This document shows positions 38,004-47,590 of a stretch of DNA of 64,000 nucleotides, piece by piece. Source of the DNA: Dehalococcoidia bacterium (GTDB lineage Bacteria; Chloroflexota; Dehalococcoidia; DSTF01; RBG-16-68-14); the NCBI GenBank assembly GCA_040882355.1, contig JBBEBM010000062.1, forward strand, positions 982 to 64,981, read 5' to 3'. How positions within the stretch are numbered: position 1 is the first letter of the stretch; the number at the start of each line of letters is the position of its first letter. Under the pieces are notes generated by a model. It was given only the letters and a program-made list of their open reading frames with translations. It ran no database searches and had not been told where the DNA came from. The position numbers and the translations under genes are program-made.

Positions 38004-38930
38004 ATGCGCTACGGCGTTCACCTGCCGCTGATCTCCTTCGATGGCGAACCGCACTCGCTGGCGCGGCTCACCGCGTTCGCCGACACCGCGCGACGTCTCG
38101 GCTATAGCGCCGTCTCCGTCAACGATCACTTCCTGTTCCCGCGCCCGTGGCTCGACGGGCCGTCCGCGCTCGCGGCGGTGCTCGGTCACACCGAAGGCAT
38201 GACCCTCGCCACCACCGTCTGTGTGCCCGCGATACGCGGGCCGATCGCCGTCGCGAAGACGCTGGGCGCGATCGACGTGCTGTCGGGCGGCCGGCTCACC
38301 GTCGGCGTCGGGCCGGGCTCGTCTCAGCGCGACTACGACGCGGTCGGCATCCCGTTCGAGGAGCGCTGGAAGCGGCTGGATGAGTCGGTGCTCGCGTTGC
38401 GTGCCCTCTGGGGACGGGACGGCGCTCCGTTCAAAGGGCGCTTCTATTCGACGGAAGGCATCACCCTGGAGCCGCGCCCCGCCCAGGACGGCGGCCCGCC
38501 GATCTGGATCGGGAGCTGGGGCTCGGAAGCGGGGCTGAAGCGCACGGCGCGCCTCGCCGACGGCTGGCTGGCGTCGGCGTACAACACGACGCCGCCCGTC
38601 TTCGCCACGGCTTGGCAGCGGCTCAAGGAGCTGCTGCCGGAGCGCGGCAAGGACCCCGACACCTTCCCGAACGCCCTCGCTACGATGTGGCTCTACATCG
38701 ACGACGATCGGGCCTCGACCGAGCGCGTCTTTCGCGACATCCTCTGCCCGATGCTCAACCGCCCCGAGGAAGAGCTGCGCGAGAAGCTGCTCGTCGGCCC
38801 GGCGGAGGCGTGCCGCGAGAAGCTGACGGCTTACCGCGACGCCGGCCTGCAGGGCGTGTTCCTCTGGCCGGTGAAGGACGAGCTTCGCCAGCTCGAGCGC
38901 TTCATGGAGCGTGTCGCGCTACCCCAGTAG
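38004..38930 (+). CDS. Luciferase-like monooxygenase (LLM) family oxidoreductase, probably F420-dependent
   Basis: TIM-barrel LLM pattern (MRYGVHLP ... VSVNDHF ... VLSGGRLTVGVG). F420 dependence is inferred from the family, not seen directly. Confidence 0.75.
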   Translation: MRYGVHLPLISFDGEPHSLARLTAFADTARRLGYSAVSVNDHFLFPRPWLDGPSALAAVLGHTEGMTLATTVCVPAIRGPIAVAKTLGAIDVLSGGRLTVGVGPGSSQRDYDAVGIPFEERWKRLDESVLALRALWGRDGAPFKGRFYSTEGITLEPRPAQDGGPPIWIGSWGSEAGLKRTARLADGWLASAYNTTPPVFATAWQRLKELLPERGKDPDTFPNALATMWLYIDDDRASTERVFRDILCPMLNRPEEELREKLLVGPAEACREKLTAYRDAGLQGVFLWPVKDELRQLERFMERVALPQ

Positions 38931-38983
38931 CAGCGCCATCGGCCCTCACCCGCGCTCATATGCTGATGCCATGTCCCCCTTAA

Positions 38984-39012
38984 GTCGCCCCTCTCCCATA
39001 GGGAGAGGCGAC
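38984..39012. terminator. Hairpin (GTCGCCCCTCTCCC / GGGAGAGGCGAC) between convergent genes
   Basis: Read directly from sequence. A second hairpin GGCACTC...GAGTGCC lies at 39030-39051. Confidence 0.4.
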
Positions 39013-39077
39013 GGGAGTGAGGGTGGGACGGCACTCACCACGACGAGTGCCGCTACCGCCATCCGGTTATCCGTCTC

Positions 39078-39776
39078 CTATCCGCTGACTACCTCGGCCA
39101 ACCATGCCAGCAGCAGCTCGTCGAGCTCGTCGCGGCACTGCATGAGGCCGTGGTCGGCGCCGTCGTACAGGACGAGGCGCTTCGGTTCGAGGGCGCGGTC
39201 GTGGATGTCCTGGCTGGCGGCGCAGTCGAGGACGCCGTCGGCGGTACCGTGGACGAGCAGCAGCGATCTGGGCGCGAGGCGCTGGACGCTGCGGGTGCCG
39301 TAGAGCTGCGGTGAGAGCGCCGCAACGCCCGCGACAAGCTCCGACAGCTCGCCCGCCTTGATCACGACCGCTGCGCCGAAGCTGTGCCCGATCAACGCGA
39401 CCCGCCGCGCGCCGATGCCTTTCAAGAACGAGAGGCCCGCAAGCACGTCGAGGACGCATTCCTGGAATTCGCCGGGCTGGCGATAGTGGAGGCGGAGGCT
39501 GGTGAGGCCGGTGCCGTCTTCGGCCGAAGCGAGCGCCTGTGCGAGGCGTGGGTAGAGGCCGCCCGCCGGTCCGTCGAGGCCGCCCAGCGCGCCGCCGACG
39601 AAGATCGCCGCGCCGGGCTCGCCCTCGCAGGGGTGGAGTGAGGCCGGCAGCTCGCCGCGCGACGTGTTGATCACGAGCCGGAAGGTGCCGTCGGGCTGTT
39701 CTTGCGCCGCGACCGCCTGGATGGCGATCTCCAGCTCGCCGGTCAGGTCCTCGGCATCGAGGGGTGTGCCGGCCAC
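39078..39776 (-). CDS. Alpha/beta hydrolase (dienelactone-hydrolase-like)
   Basis: Nucleophile elbow GHSFG, later His (VHGTADGV). 232 aa. The overlapping 540-aa RD-rich ORF on the same strand is rejected. Confidence 0.7.
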   Translation of the reverse strand: MAGTPLDAEDLTGELEIAIQAVAAQEQPDGTFRLVINTSRGELPASLHPCEGEPGAAIFVGGALGGLDGPAGGLYPRLAQALASAEDGTGLTSLRLHYRQPGEFQECVLDVLAGLSFLKGIGARRVALIGHSFGAAVVIKAGELSELVAGVAALSPQLYGTRSVQRLAPRSLLLVHGTADGVLDCAASQDIHDRALEPKRLVLYDGADHGLMQCRDELDELLLAWLAEVVSG

Positions 39777-39782
39777 CGGGCG

Positions 39783-40979
39783 CTACTTCGCCGTGGCGCG
39801 GTGACGTTCGACGAAGCGGCGCATGCGCCGGACCGCCTCTTCCAGCGTCTCGTACGTCTCCGCGTAGCACACGCGCACGTGGCCCGCGCCGCCCGCGCCG
39901 AACGCCGAGCCCGGTACCACGGCCACCTTCTCCTCCATCAGCAGCATCTCCGAGAAGACCTCGTCCGAGAGGCCGGTGACGGCAACCGAGGGGAAGCAGT
40001 AGAACGCGCCGCGCGGCTCGAAGCAGTGGAGGCCCATCGCGTTCAGCTCGCGCACCATCATCTTGCGGCGGCGGTCGTACTCGGCGACCATGCCGCGCAC
40101 GTCCTCCTCGCCGTTGCGGAGCGCCTCGAGCGCGCCGTACTGGGCGGCGGTGGGCGCGGACATCGTGATGTACTGGTGGACGCGCATCAGCGCCTCCGTA
40201 ACATCGGGACGGGCGCAGGTGTACGCGAGCCGCCAGCCGGTCATCGCGTACGCCTTCGAGAAGCCGCCCAGCAGCAGCGTCCTGTCGCGCATGTTGGGCA
40301 GCGACGCGAAGCACGTGTGCTCGACGCCGTACACCAGGCGGTCGTAGACCTCGTCCGAGACGACGAAGAGGTTGTGCCGCTCGGCGACGTCGGCGATCTC
40401 GAGCAGGTCGTCGCGCTCCATCTCCGCACCGGTCGGGTTGGCCGGGTTGCCGATCAGGATTGCCTTCGTGCGCGGCGTGATGCACTTCTCCAGGTCCTGC
40501 GCGCGCAGGCGGAAGCCGTGCTCGGCGGTCGTCCGCACGGGCACGAAGACGCCGCCCGCGAGCTGCACCGTCGGCAGGTAAGCGACGTAGGCCGGGTCGG
40601 TCGAGAGCACCTCGTCGCCCGGGTCGATCAGCGCCATCGCCGCTAGGTTGAGCGCTTCGCTCACGCCCGTCGCGACGATGATCTCGCAAGCCGGGTCGTA
40701 CTCGACGCCGTAGAGCTTGTAGAGGTGGAGCGCGATCGCCTGCCGCAGCTCCAGCAGGCCGTAGTTCGACGTGTAGTGCGTGATTCCCTCCTCGATGGAG
40801 CGGATCGCCGCCTCGCGGATGTGCCCCGGTGTGACGAAGTCCGGCTCGCCCACGCCAAGCGAGATCACGTCGTCCATGCTGGCGAGCACGTCGAAGAACT
40901 TGCGGATGCCGGAGGCGGGGATCGACTGGACGTGCTGAGAGATAGCGCCTCGGTGGGTTACGTGCTCTTCGTGGCTCAT
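39783..40979 (-). CDS. Pyridoxal-phosphate-dependent aminotransferase, class I (aspartate/aromatic type)
   Basis: SNYGLLELRQAIA; PLP-lysine region GGFSKAYAMTGWRLAY; NPANPTG. ATG at 40979 (MSHEEHV). Confidence 0.85.
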   Translation of the reverse strand: MSHEEHVTHRGAISQHVQSIPASGIRKFFDVLASMDDVISLGVGEPDFVTPGHIREAAIRSIEEGITHYTSNYGLLELRQAIALHLYKLYGVEYDPACEIIVATGVSEALNLAAMALIDPGDEVLSTDPAYVAYLPTVQLAGGVFVPVRTTAEHGFRLRAQDLEKCITPRTKAILIGNPANPTGAEMERDDLLEIADVAERHNLFVVSDEVYDRLVYGVEHTCFASLPNMRDRTLLLGGFSKAYAMTGWRLAYTCARPDVTEALMRVHQYITMSAPTAAQYGALEALRNGEEDVRGMVAEYDRRRKMMVRELNAMGLHCFEPRGAFYCFPSVAVTGLSDEVFSEMLLMEEKVAVVPGSAFGAGGAGHVRVCYAETYETLEEAVRRMRRFVERHRATAK

Positions 40980-41251
40980 CTCAGCACAACTCCGGACCAG
41001 AGATCGTCGTTGGGGACATAATACAGCAGGACGCGCCTTCCGTCGCGAAGCGCGACGAGCCAACCGAGGCGCTCCTCCTCCCGCCACTCGCTCTCCAGGG
41101 ACGCGACCTCCTCGCGCGCGCCCTCGATCTCGACCCACTGCGGCCGCTCCGGGTAGCGCTGTCCGGCGTATGCGCCGACGCGCACCTCGAAAGCCCGCAG
41201 CCCGGCGAGCTCACCGTCAGCGGTGGGCGACGAGCCGTTGTCGCTAGGCAC
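40976..41251 (-). CDS. Small hypothetical protein (91 aa)
   Basis: ORF whose stop overlaps the aminotransferase start (ATGA) and whose start is 7 nt inside the hicA 3' end. No family recognised. Confidence 0.4.
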   Translation of the reverse strand: MPSDNGSSPTADGELAGLRAFEVRVGAYAGQRYPERPQWVEIEGAREEVASLESEWREEERLGWLVALRDGRRVLLYYVPNDDLWSGVVLR

Positions 41252-41453
41252 GCTGGATGTCTTCCATGGTTAGGCCAAGGTCCTTGGCGATCTTGGCTAC
41301 TGTCCCCTTCTTGATCTCTTTCGTCGGGTGCCGCGGAACGATGGTGTAGAGCTTCTTCTCCGGGTTCCACCAGATCTCGTGGCTGCCGCTTGCCTGGCGG
41401 CGAAACTCAATGCCGAGCCGTTGGAGCCGCCTGGTCAGTTCGCGATATCTCAT
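41244..41453 (-). CDS. hicA: HicA-family toxin (mRNA interferase) of type II TA system
   Basis: 69 aa. LTRRLQRLGIEFRRQASGSHEIW ... VPRHPTKEIKKGTVAKIAKDLGL matches the HicA/YcfA dsRBD-like fold signature, including the catalytic His. Confidence 0.8.
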   Translation of the reverse strand: MRYRELTRRLQRLGIEFRRQASGSHEIWWNPEKKLYTIVPRHPTKEIKKGTVAKIAKDLGLTMEDIQRA

Positions 41454-41701
41454 TCCGGGGCAGGAACGACGAGTTTCGCCAGGATGACGGTGTCCGGCGT
41501 GAACTCCTCCAATCCCGCGGGAAGCGGCACGCCATCCTCCTTCTGAACCTCGAGCAGAACGCGAGCGACATCCTCAAGGTTCTCCAGAGCCTCGGCCACG
41601 GTCTCGCCTTCGGCGTGACAACCCTGGATGACATCGCATATCGCCAGGTAGCCACCTTCCTCTTGGGCCTCGATCTGCACTGGGATCAGCAAGCTCCTCA
41701 T
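41450..41701 (-). CDS. hicB: HicB-family antitoxin (UPF0150, short form without DNA-binding extension)
   Basis: 83 aa, IEAQEEGGYLAICDVIQGCHAEGETVAEALENLEDV. The 4-nt overlap means its stop overlaps the hicA start. Confidence 0.7.
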   Translation of the reverse strand: MRSLLIPVQIEAQEEGGYLAICDVIQGCHAEGETVAEALENLEDVARVLLEVQKEDGVPLPAGLEEFTPDTVILAKLVVPAPE

Positions 41702-41713
41702 CGTCGTCTCCTC

Positions 41714-43183
41714 TCACACCTCCGGGCGCTGCGTGTGCCAGTCAGTGGCCTGCTCGTAGGCGTGGGCGGCGCGCAGCAGCGACGGCTCGTCGAACGGGCG
41801 GGCCATGAGCTGGATGCCGACCGGCAGGCCTTGCACGAACCCCGCCGGCACCGAGATCGCCGGGATGCCGGCGATGTTGATCGGCAGAGTGAAGACGTCG
41901 CTCAGGTACATCTGCATAGGATCGTCCGTCTTCTCGCCAAGCTTGAATGCGGGCGTTGGGGCCACGAGCCCGAGCAGCACGTCGTAGCGCTCGAACGCCG
42001 CCTCGAACTCGCGCCGGATCAGGGTGCGCACCTTGAGCGCCTTCAGGTAGTAGGCGTCGTAGTAGCCGGACGAGAGGGCGTAGGTGCCGACCATGATCCG
42101 CCGCTTGACCTCGTCGCCGAAGCCGTGCTGTCGGGTGCGCTCCATGTTATCCCACATGCCCTCGCCGTCCTGGTACGAGTAGCCGTACTTGACGCCGTCG
42201 TAGCGGGCGAGGTTCGCCGAGGCCTCGCTCGGCGCAATGATGTAGTAGCAGGCGAGCGCGTACGGCGTGCTCGGCAGCGACACGCCCCACTCGACGCTCG
42301 CGCCGAGCGCCTCGAGGCGGGCGACGGCCGCGTCGAGGACGCCGCGCATCTCGGGCGCGAGGTCGTCCGGGGCGTACTCGTTCACCACGCCGATGCGCAG
42401 GCCCTTGATGTCGCCGGTGAGGGCATCGGTGAAGTCGGGCGGGTCGATCGGCGCCGAAGTGGAGTCGCGCGCGTCGTGGCCGGCGATGACGTTCATCATC
42501 AGGGCGGCGTCGCGCACGTCCTTCGTCAGCGGGCCGATCTGGTCGAGCGAGCTGCCGAACGCGACGAGCCCGTAGCGGCTCACGCGCCCGTACGTCGGCT
42601 TCAGGCCGACGACCCCGCAGAGCGAGGCTGGCTGGCGGATGCTACCGCCCGTGTCCGAACCGAGCGCGGCGAACGCCTCGTCGGCGGCGACGGCGGCGGC
42701 CGAGCCGCCCGACGAGCCGCCCGGCACGCAGTCGAGCGCCCAGGGGTTGTGCGTCGGGAAGAACGCGGAGTGCTCCACCGACGAGCCCATCGCGAACTCG
42801 TCCATGTTCGTCTTGCCGGCGAGCACCGCGCCGGCCTCGCGCAGCCGCTCGATGACGTGGGCGTCGTATGGCGGCACGAAGCTCTCCAGCATGCGAGAGC
42901 CGCACGTCGTGCGGACGCCGCGCGTGCACATGTTGTCCTTGATCGCGACCGGCACGCCGGTGAGCGGCCCGCCCTCGCCCCTCGCGATGCACGCGTCCGC
43001 CTCGTCTGCCTGCTGGAGCGCGAGATCCTCGGTCACGGTGAGGTAGGCGTTGACGCGGCCATCGACGGCGCGGATGCGGTCGAGCAGCGCCTGCGTCAGC
43101 TCCCGCGAGCTCACCTCTCGCCTGGCGAGGAGGTCGCCCGCTTCGTGGGCCGTGAGCGTGTGCAGCGAGCCGTTCGCGCTCAT
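41714..43183 (-). CDS. gatA: Glutamyl-tRNA(Gln)/aspartyl-tRNA(Asn) amidotransferase subunit A
   Basis: Amidase signature ([13 protein letters not shown]; [10 protein letters not shown]) in a Ser-cisSer-Lys amidase, 489 aa. Confidence 0.9.
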   Translation of the reverse strand: MSANGSLHTLTAHEAGDLLARREVSSRELTQALLDRIRAVDGRVNAYLTVTEDLALQQADEADACIARGEGGPLTGVPVAIKDNMCTRGVRTTCGSRMLESFVPPYDAHVIERLREAGAVLAGKTNMDEFAMGSSVEHSAFFPTHNPWALDCVPGGSSGGSAAAVAADEAFAALGSDTGGSIRQPASLCGVVGLKPTYGRVSRYGLVAFGSSLDQIGPLTKDVRDAALMMNVIAGHDARDSTSAPIDPPDFTDALTGDIKGLRIGVVNEYAPDDLAPEMRGVLDAAVARLEALGASVEWGVSLPSTPYALACYYIIAPSEASANLARYDGVKYGYSYQDGEGMWDNMERTRQHGFGDEVKRRIMVGTYALSSGYYDAYYLKALKVRTLIRREFEAAFERYDVLLGLVAPTPAFKLGEKTDDPMQMYLSDVFTLPINIAGIPAISVPAGFVQGLPVGIQLMARPFDEPSLLRAAHAYEQATDWHTQRPEV

Positions 43184-43467
43184 TCGAGCACCGCCCGCAC
43201 GCGGAACGCGCCGTCTTCGACGAGCGGCGCGTTCGCGAGCACCTCCTCGACGCTCAGCGAGGGGCGCACTTCGTCGGCGCGCATCACGCTCTCGAGCGCG
43301 AGCGGGTGCGACGTGGGCGGCACGCCTTCGGTGTCGAGCTGCTTCAGCGCCTCGAAGTGGTCGAGGATGCCCGAAAGCTGCTCCTGGAACTTCGCGACGT
43401 CGTCCTCACTGAGCGCAATGCGCGCCAGGTGGGCGATATGTAGCACCTCTTCTCGGGTCAGGCTCAT
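43180..43467 (-). CDS. gatC: Glu/Asp-tRNA amidotransferase subunit C
   Basis: 95 aa, [19 protein letters not shown] ... ATGA overlap with gatA. The listed ORF start at 43584 is upstream extension. Confidence 0.8.
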   Translation of the reverse strand: MSLTREEVLHIAHLARIALSEDDVAKFQEQLSGILDHFEALKQLDTEGVPPTSHPLALESVMRADEVRPSLSVEEVLANAPLVEDGAFRVRAVLE

Positions 43468-43677
43468 GCGGTTCGCTCCTGGGTGGTGTATCGCGAGTAT
43501 AGCAGGATGCGCCGCCGAGAGTTCGGACCGGTAGCAGGCGATGTTGGACGGCTCACACTCTCCCAATCGTGCGTCGTGCGTCATTGTCCCGAAAGATTCT
43601 TCGCTCCGCTCAGAATGACAAGGGTGCGCCCTTCGTCCCGCGCTCGCCCTCGTGGTACGATCCTCACGAGCTGGAGG

Positions 43678-44409
43678 ATGACGACGGATACCCCCTCACG
43701 AGAGCAGGTCGCGCTGGGCAACCCCAGCTTCGTCTGGCGATCCGGGCAGGACCGGCGCCTCAACCTGATCCGCCGCTACGCGACGCTCGAAGGCGCGCGC
43801 ATCCTCGACATCGGCTGCGGCATCGGCACCTACGTCCGCAAGTTCCAGGAGTTCAGCGACCGCGTCTACGGCATCGATATCGATGCCGCGCGTGTGCGGC
43901 GGGGCGAGACCGGCAGCCTCGCGCTCGCGGTGAGCGAGCGGCTCCCGTTCACTACCGATTCACTCGACCTAGTGCTGCTGAACGAGGTGATCGAGCACGT
44001 CCGCGACGACGCGCTCACCCTGCGCGAGGCGTGCCGCGTGGTGCGGCCGGGGGGCCACGTTGTGATCTACGCGCCGAACCGCCTCTACCCGTTCGAGACG
44101 CACGGCGTCTACCTGGGCAAGCGCTACGTCTTCGGCAACATCCCGCTCGTGAACTACCTGCCCGATCCGCTGCGCAACCGCCTCGTGCCGCACGCGCGCG
44201 CCTACACGCATCGCGGCATGCAGCGCATCATCGAGGGCCTGCCGGCCGACGTGCTCGCGCACACCTACGTCTACCCCGGCTTCGACAACATCGCTGCGCG
44301 ACGACCGCGGCTCGGCTCGCTGCTCCAGGGCGTCTTCCATCGGCTAGAGGCGACGCCGCTGCGCGCGTTCGGCCTCTCGCACTTCGTGGTGCTGCGGGTA
44401 CGAGAGTAG
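43678..44409 (+). CDS. Class I SAM-dependent methyltransferase
   Basis: ILDIGCGIGTY, YGIDID, VVRPGGHVVIYAPN. The start is uncertain; ATG at 43678 or 43615 are both possible. Confidence 0.6.
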   Translation: MTTDTPSREQVALGNPSFVWRSGQDRRLNLIRRYATLEGARILDIGCGIGTYVRKFQEFSDRVYGIDIDAARVRRGETGSLALAVSERLPFTTDSLDLVLLNEVIEHVRDDALTLREACRVVRPGGHVVIYAPNRLYPFETHGVYLGKRYVFGNIPLVNYLPDPLRNRLVPHARAYTHRGMQRIIEGLPADVLAHTYVYPGFDNIAARRPRLGSLLQGVFHRLEATPLRAFGLSHFVVLRVRE

Positions 44410-44468
44410 CGCCGTCTCCAGGGCGTATCTGCTCATGCAGACGCAACCTAGACGGCGAAGCGTTCGGT

Positions 44469-45365
44469 CTAGCCGCGCTTGTGATCGGCGAGAACTTCTT
44501 CGACGGTGCGTTTCGCCAGCGCGACAAACCCTGGGTTCGTCTCGGGGTAGTACGGGATAATCATGGCCGCTTGGTGGAGTGCGAAGCCGCGTGCTCGGTT
44601 CCACGTGCCGTCGTCGACTTCGAGGGCGCCGCGAAACCTCCATCGCCCGGTATTGCCGAACACGCTCCACGCTGCGATCACGTCGGTGGCGGGATCACCG
44701 ACACCAACACCGCCGAAGTCGATGACCGCGCAGAGCCGGCCGCCGTCAACGAACAGGTTGGGCCTCAGCAGGTCGGTGTGTATCCACACCGGCGTTCCGT
44801 CCCACACCGGTGCTTCGAGTGCGCGCTCCCAGGCGGCGGTGGCCGCATCGCTGTCTATGATGTCCCGCGCCGACTCGATCGCCGCGCGCGTGATGGCGTC
44901 GAGCTCGCGGAGTGGCTTGCGCCCGCCGCGAGGCGCCATCGAATCGATATCTATTCGGCGCAGTTCGACCACGAACCGCGCAAGATCCTTAGCCGCCTGG
45001 CGTTCATCGTCGACGAGGTCATCCGCATACGGCTGGCCGTCGATCCATCGGTAGATCGCCCATGAGAAGGGGTACCCCTCGCCAGGGCTGCCCTTTGCGA
45101 GCGGCTCAGGGACCCGCAGCGGCAGGTGCGGTGCCAGCTTCGGTAGCCAGTGGTACTCCTTTTCGAGGGCGGCTGCCCACCGGTGCACGCGGGGCAGCCG
45201 GACGACCATGTCGTCGCCCAGCCGAAAGATCGCGTTGACCGTCCCAGCGGAGGGGACCGGCTCGATGGGAAGGTCTGCCCACTGCGGGAACTGCGCGGCG
45301 AGCAGCCCCCGCACGAGCGATTCATCGATGTCCACTTCGTCGCTGTGCATCTTCTTCGCAGGCAT
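44469..45365 (-). CDS. APH/Mph-family phosphotransferase (aminoglycoside/macrolide kinase fold)
   Basis: Brenner motif HTDLLRPNLFV and DFGGVGVGDPATD. 298 aa. Sits 17 nt downstream of the GTPase gene on the same strand. Confidence 0.75.
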   Translation of the reverse strand: MPAKKMHSDEVDIDESLVRGLLAAQFPQWADLPIEPVPSAGTVNAIFRLGDDMVVRLPRVHRWAAALEKEYHWLPKLAPHLPLRVPEPLAKGSPGEGYPFSWAIYRWIDGQPYADDLVDDERQAAKDLARFVVELRRIDIDSMAPRGGRKPLRELDAITRAAIESARDIIDSDAATAAWERALEAPVWDGTPVWIHTDLLRPNLFVDGGRLCAVIDFGGVGVGDPATDVIAAWSVFGNTGRWRFRGALEVDDGTWNRARGFALHQAAMIIPYYPETNPGFVALAKRTVEEVLADHKRG

Positions 45366-45381
45366 GCGCGTCTCCTTTGAC

Positions 45382-47391
45382 CTACACCCGCCGCATGACG
45401 TGCAGCAGGTACTCTTTGCGGTTAAGCGGATTGTGGTCCGAACGCGGCCGTGTCGGGACCGCGCCGCGGACCGGTTGGTAGCCGTCGAAGTCCCATTCCA
45501 GCACGCCCTCGCCGCGAGTCAGCGCCGACAGTTGTTGCTGCAGCTCCTGCACCCGGGCCGCCGGAATCTCACCCTCCAGCGTGCACGACGGACCGCGCAT
45601 GGCCGGTGTGTAGGGGACGGCGTCCAGTCGCGCAAGCGCCGACAAGATCGCTCCGAGCGTGTCTGTCGGTGCTTCGAGGTGAAATCGGTGGACCGGCTCG
45701 CATACCGCAGTGCCGGCCTCCTTCAGCGCGCTCATCAGGACGAGCGGCGTCAGGATGCGGAAGTCGGCGGCCGTGCTGCCGGGGGCACGGTAGCCGCTGT
45801 CGATCATGGTCACGGTGCAGTCGGTGACCTGCCAGCCGAAGAGGCCCTCCTGCAGCGTCTCGCGGACGTACTGCCCCATGTGGTCGACGAAGGTGTCGAC
45901 GGTCTTGTAGATGTAGATCGGCATCAGGCGAACGTCGACGTCCAGCCGGAACTCGATGCCCGAGCCGATCGGCGCAGGGTCGAGGCGCAGCCCGACCGTG
46001 GCGAGGAACGGGTTCGAGCTGATGGGCGAGCTGTTCCCGGTGACGTTCGCCTTCGTCTTGGCGTAGAGGACCTCGACGGCTTCGCCGGTGCCGGCGGGCC
46101 GTTCGATGCAGATCGTCGTTGTTTCGCGGAACTCGACGGCGATGTTGAAGTCGTTCGCCAGCGTTGCCTGGATGACCTCCTTCTGCACCTCACCGTAGAG
46201 CGAGACTGACGTCTCTTGCCGAATGTCGTCCTGTCGTACGTTGATCAGCGGGTCCTGTTCGGCGAGCTGGGCGAGCGCAATGTGGAGCGCACCTTTGTCA
46301 GCGGGGCGACGCGGAACGATGACGGATTCCAGTGTCGGCGGGGCGAAATGGTGACGCTGCGAGGTCGGGCGCGATGTGCCGAGGGTGTCGCCGATCTGGA
46401 TATCGCCGAGACCCCAGAGCTTTCCAATCCGCCCTGCGGCGACCGATGCGCACTGGGCGGCTGAGCCGCGGTCGAACACCCTGATCGCGGTGACTTTCGC
46501 CTCGTTGTCCCGGTCGAATTGCAGCCGGTCGCGCGTTCGTACTGTTCCCGAGAACATGCGCACGTACGCGACCTTCTCCCCGGCCGGACCGCGTTCGACC
46601 TTGAACACGGTGCCCGAGGCGGGGCCATCGACATCGCCTTCGGCCGCGGGCAGCAGCTCGGCGATACCGGCGATCAGCGGCTCCACGCCCGCGCCCGTGA
46701 TGGCCGAGCCGAAGAACACCGGATGCACCAGCGCCTGCCGGGTCTGCGTCGCAAGCTCGTCGCGGAGTTGATCGTGCGAAACTGCCGTCTCGTCGTCGAC
46801 GTAGGCGGCCAACACGGCATCGTTGTGTTCAGCAAGCAGACCGGCCAGGCTGGCCCCAAAAGCAACGTTGGCCGAGCTGTACGGCGCAACATCGGCGGCG
46901 CGCGTGCCGAGGTCGCGCGCCGATCCCATCGAGATGATTGCCGGCGTCAGTTTCTCGGCAATGTCCTGTAACACGCGCTCATACTGCGCCCCGCCGCGGT
47001 CGATCTTGTTCACGAAGATGAGGGAGGGAATACGCAGCCGCTGTAGCGTCCGCATCAAGACGCGGGTCTGCGGCTGCACGCCCTCCACCGCGGAGATCAC
47101 CAGCACGGCGCCGTCGAGCACGCTCAACACCCGTTCCACCTCGGCGATGAAGTCCGGGTGACCGGGCGTGTCGATCAGGTTGACCGTCACGTCATCGATA
47201 ACGAACGATACGACCGCGGACTTGATGGTAATGCCGCGTTGCCGTTCGAGCGTCAGGGAATCGGTCTGGGTAGTGCCGTCATCGACGCGGCCGATCTTGT
47301 CGATGACACCGGCGGCGTAGAGCAGCCGCTCGGTCAGGGTGGTCTTACCGGCGTCTACATGCGCCAAAATCCCCAAGTTCAAGGTTCGCAT
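45382..47391 (-). CDS. Tet(M)/Tet(O)/OtrA-like ribosomal protection protein (translational GTPase, EF-G fold)
   Basis: [25 protein letters not shown] (compare Tet(M) [25 protein letters not shown]). G3 DTPGH, G4 NKID. 669 aa with EF-G-like domains II-V. Confidence 0.75.
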   Translation of the reverse strand: [669 protein letters not shown]

Positions 47392-47455
47392 TGAGCGTCA
47401 TGTCCTCCAAGTAGGTGACGATTCGTTGCTGCGTGGACATGTACGCTCGGCGCAT
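47345..47455 (-). promoter_or_regulatory. Candidate leader-peptide uORF (36 codons) with strong SD, overlapping the RPP start out of frame
   Basis: Minus strand: AAGGAGAAGGAAC-ATG CGC CGA GCG TAC ATG TCC ... TAA. Encodes MRRAYMSTQQRIVTYLEDMTLNANLELGDFGACRRR. The main ATG at 47391 lies inside it in the +1 frame. Confidence 0.3.
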
Positions 47456-47590
47456 GTTCCTTCTCCTTGGTCGATTGGCTGTTGTCGGTAGTAAAGCAGA
47501 TGGCCACCGGGGAGGGCAACCGATATGTGGGGCATCGTCACCGATACGACAAGTACGCCCTCGCCTACCTCGGCGGCGGCATCTTCGCGG

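Noticed and set aside
39067-40689. 540-aa minus-strand ORF (Arg/Asp/Gly-rich) spanning the hydrolase and aminotransferase genes
   Set aside because: It is on the same strand as the two well-supported genes but overlaps them out of frame. Its composition is low-complexity, as expected of the alternative frame of GC-rich coding DNA.
43569-45065. 498-aa plus-strand ORF overlapping the methyltransferase and antisense to the APH gene
   Set aside because: It has no domain-like sequence and is a high-GC frame artefact. The real methyltransferase (43678-44409) is in a different frame.
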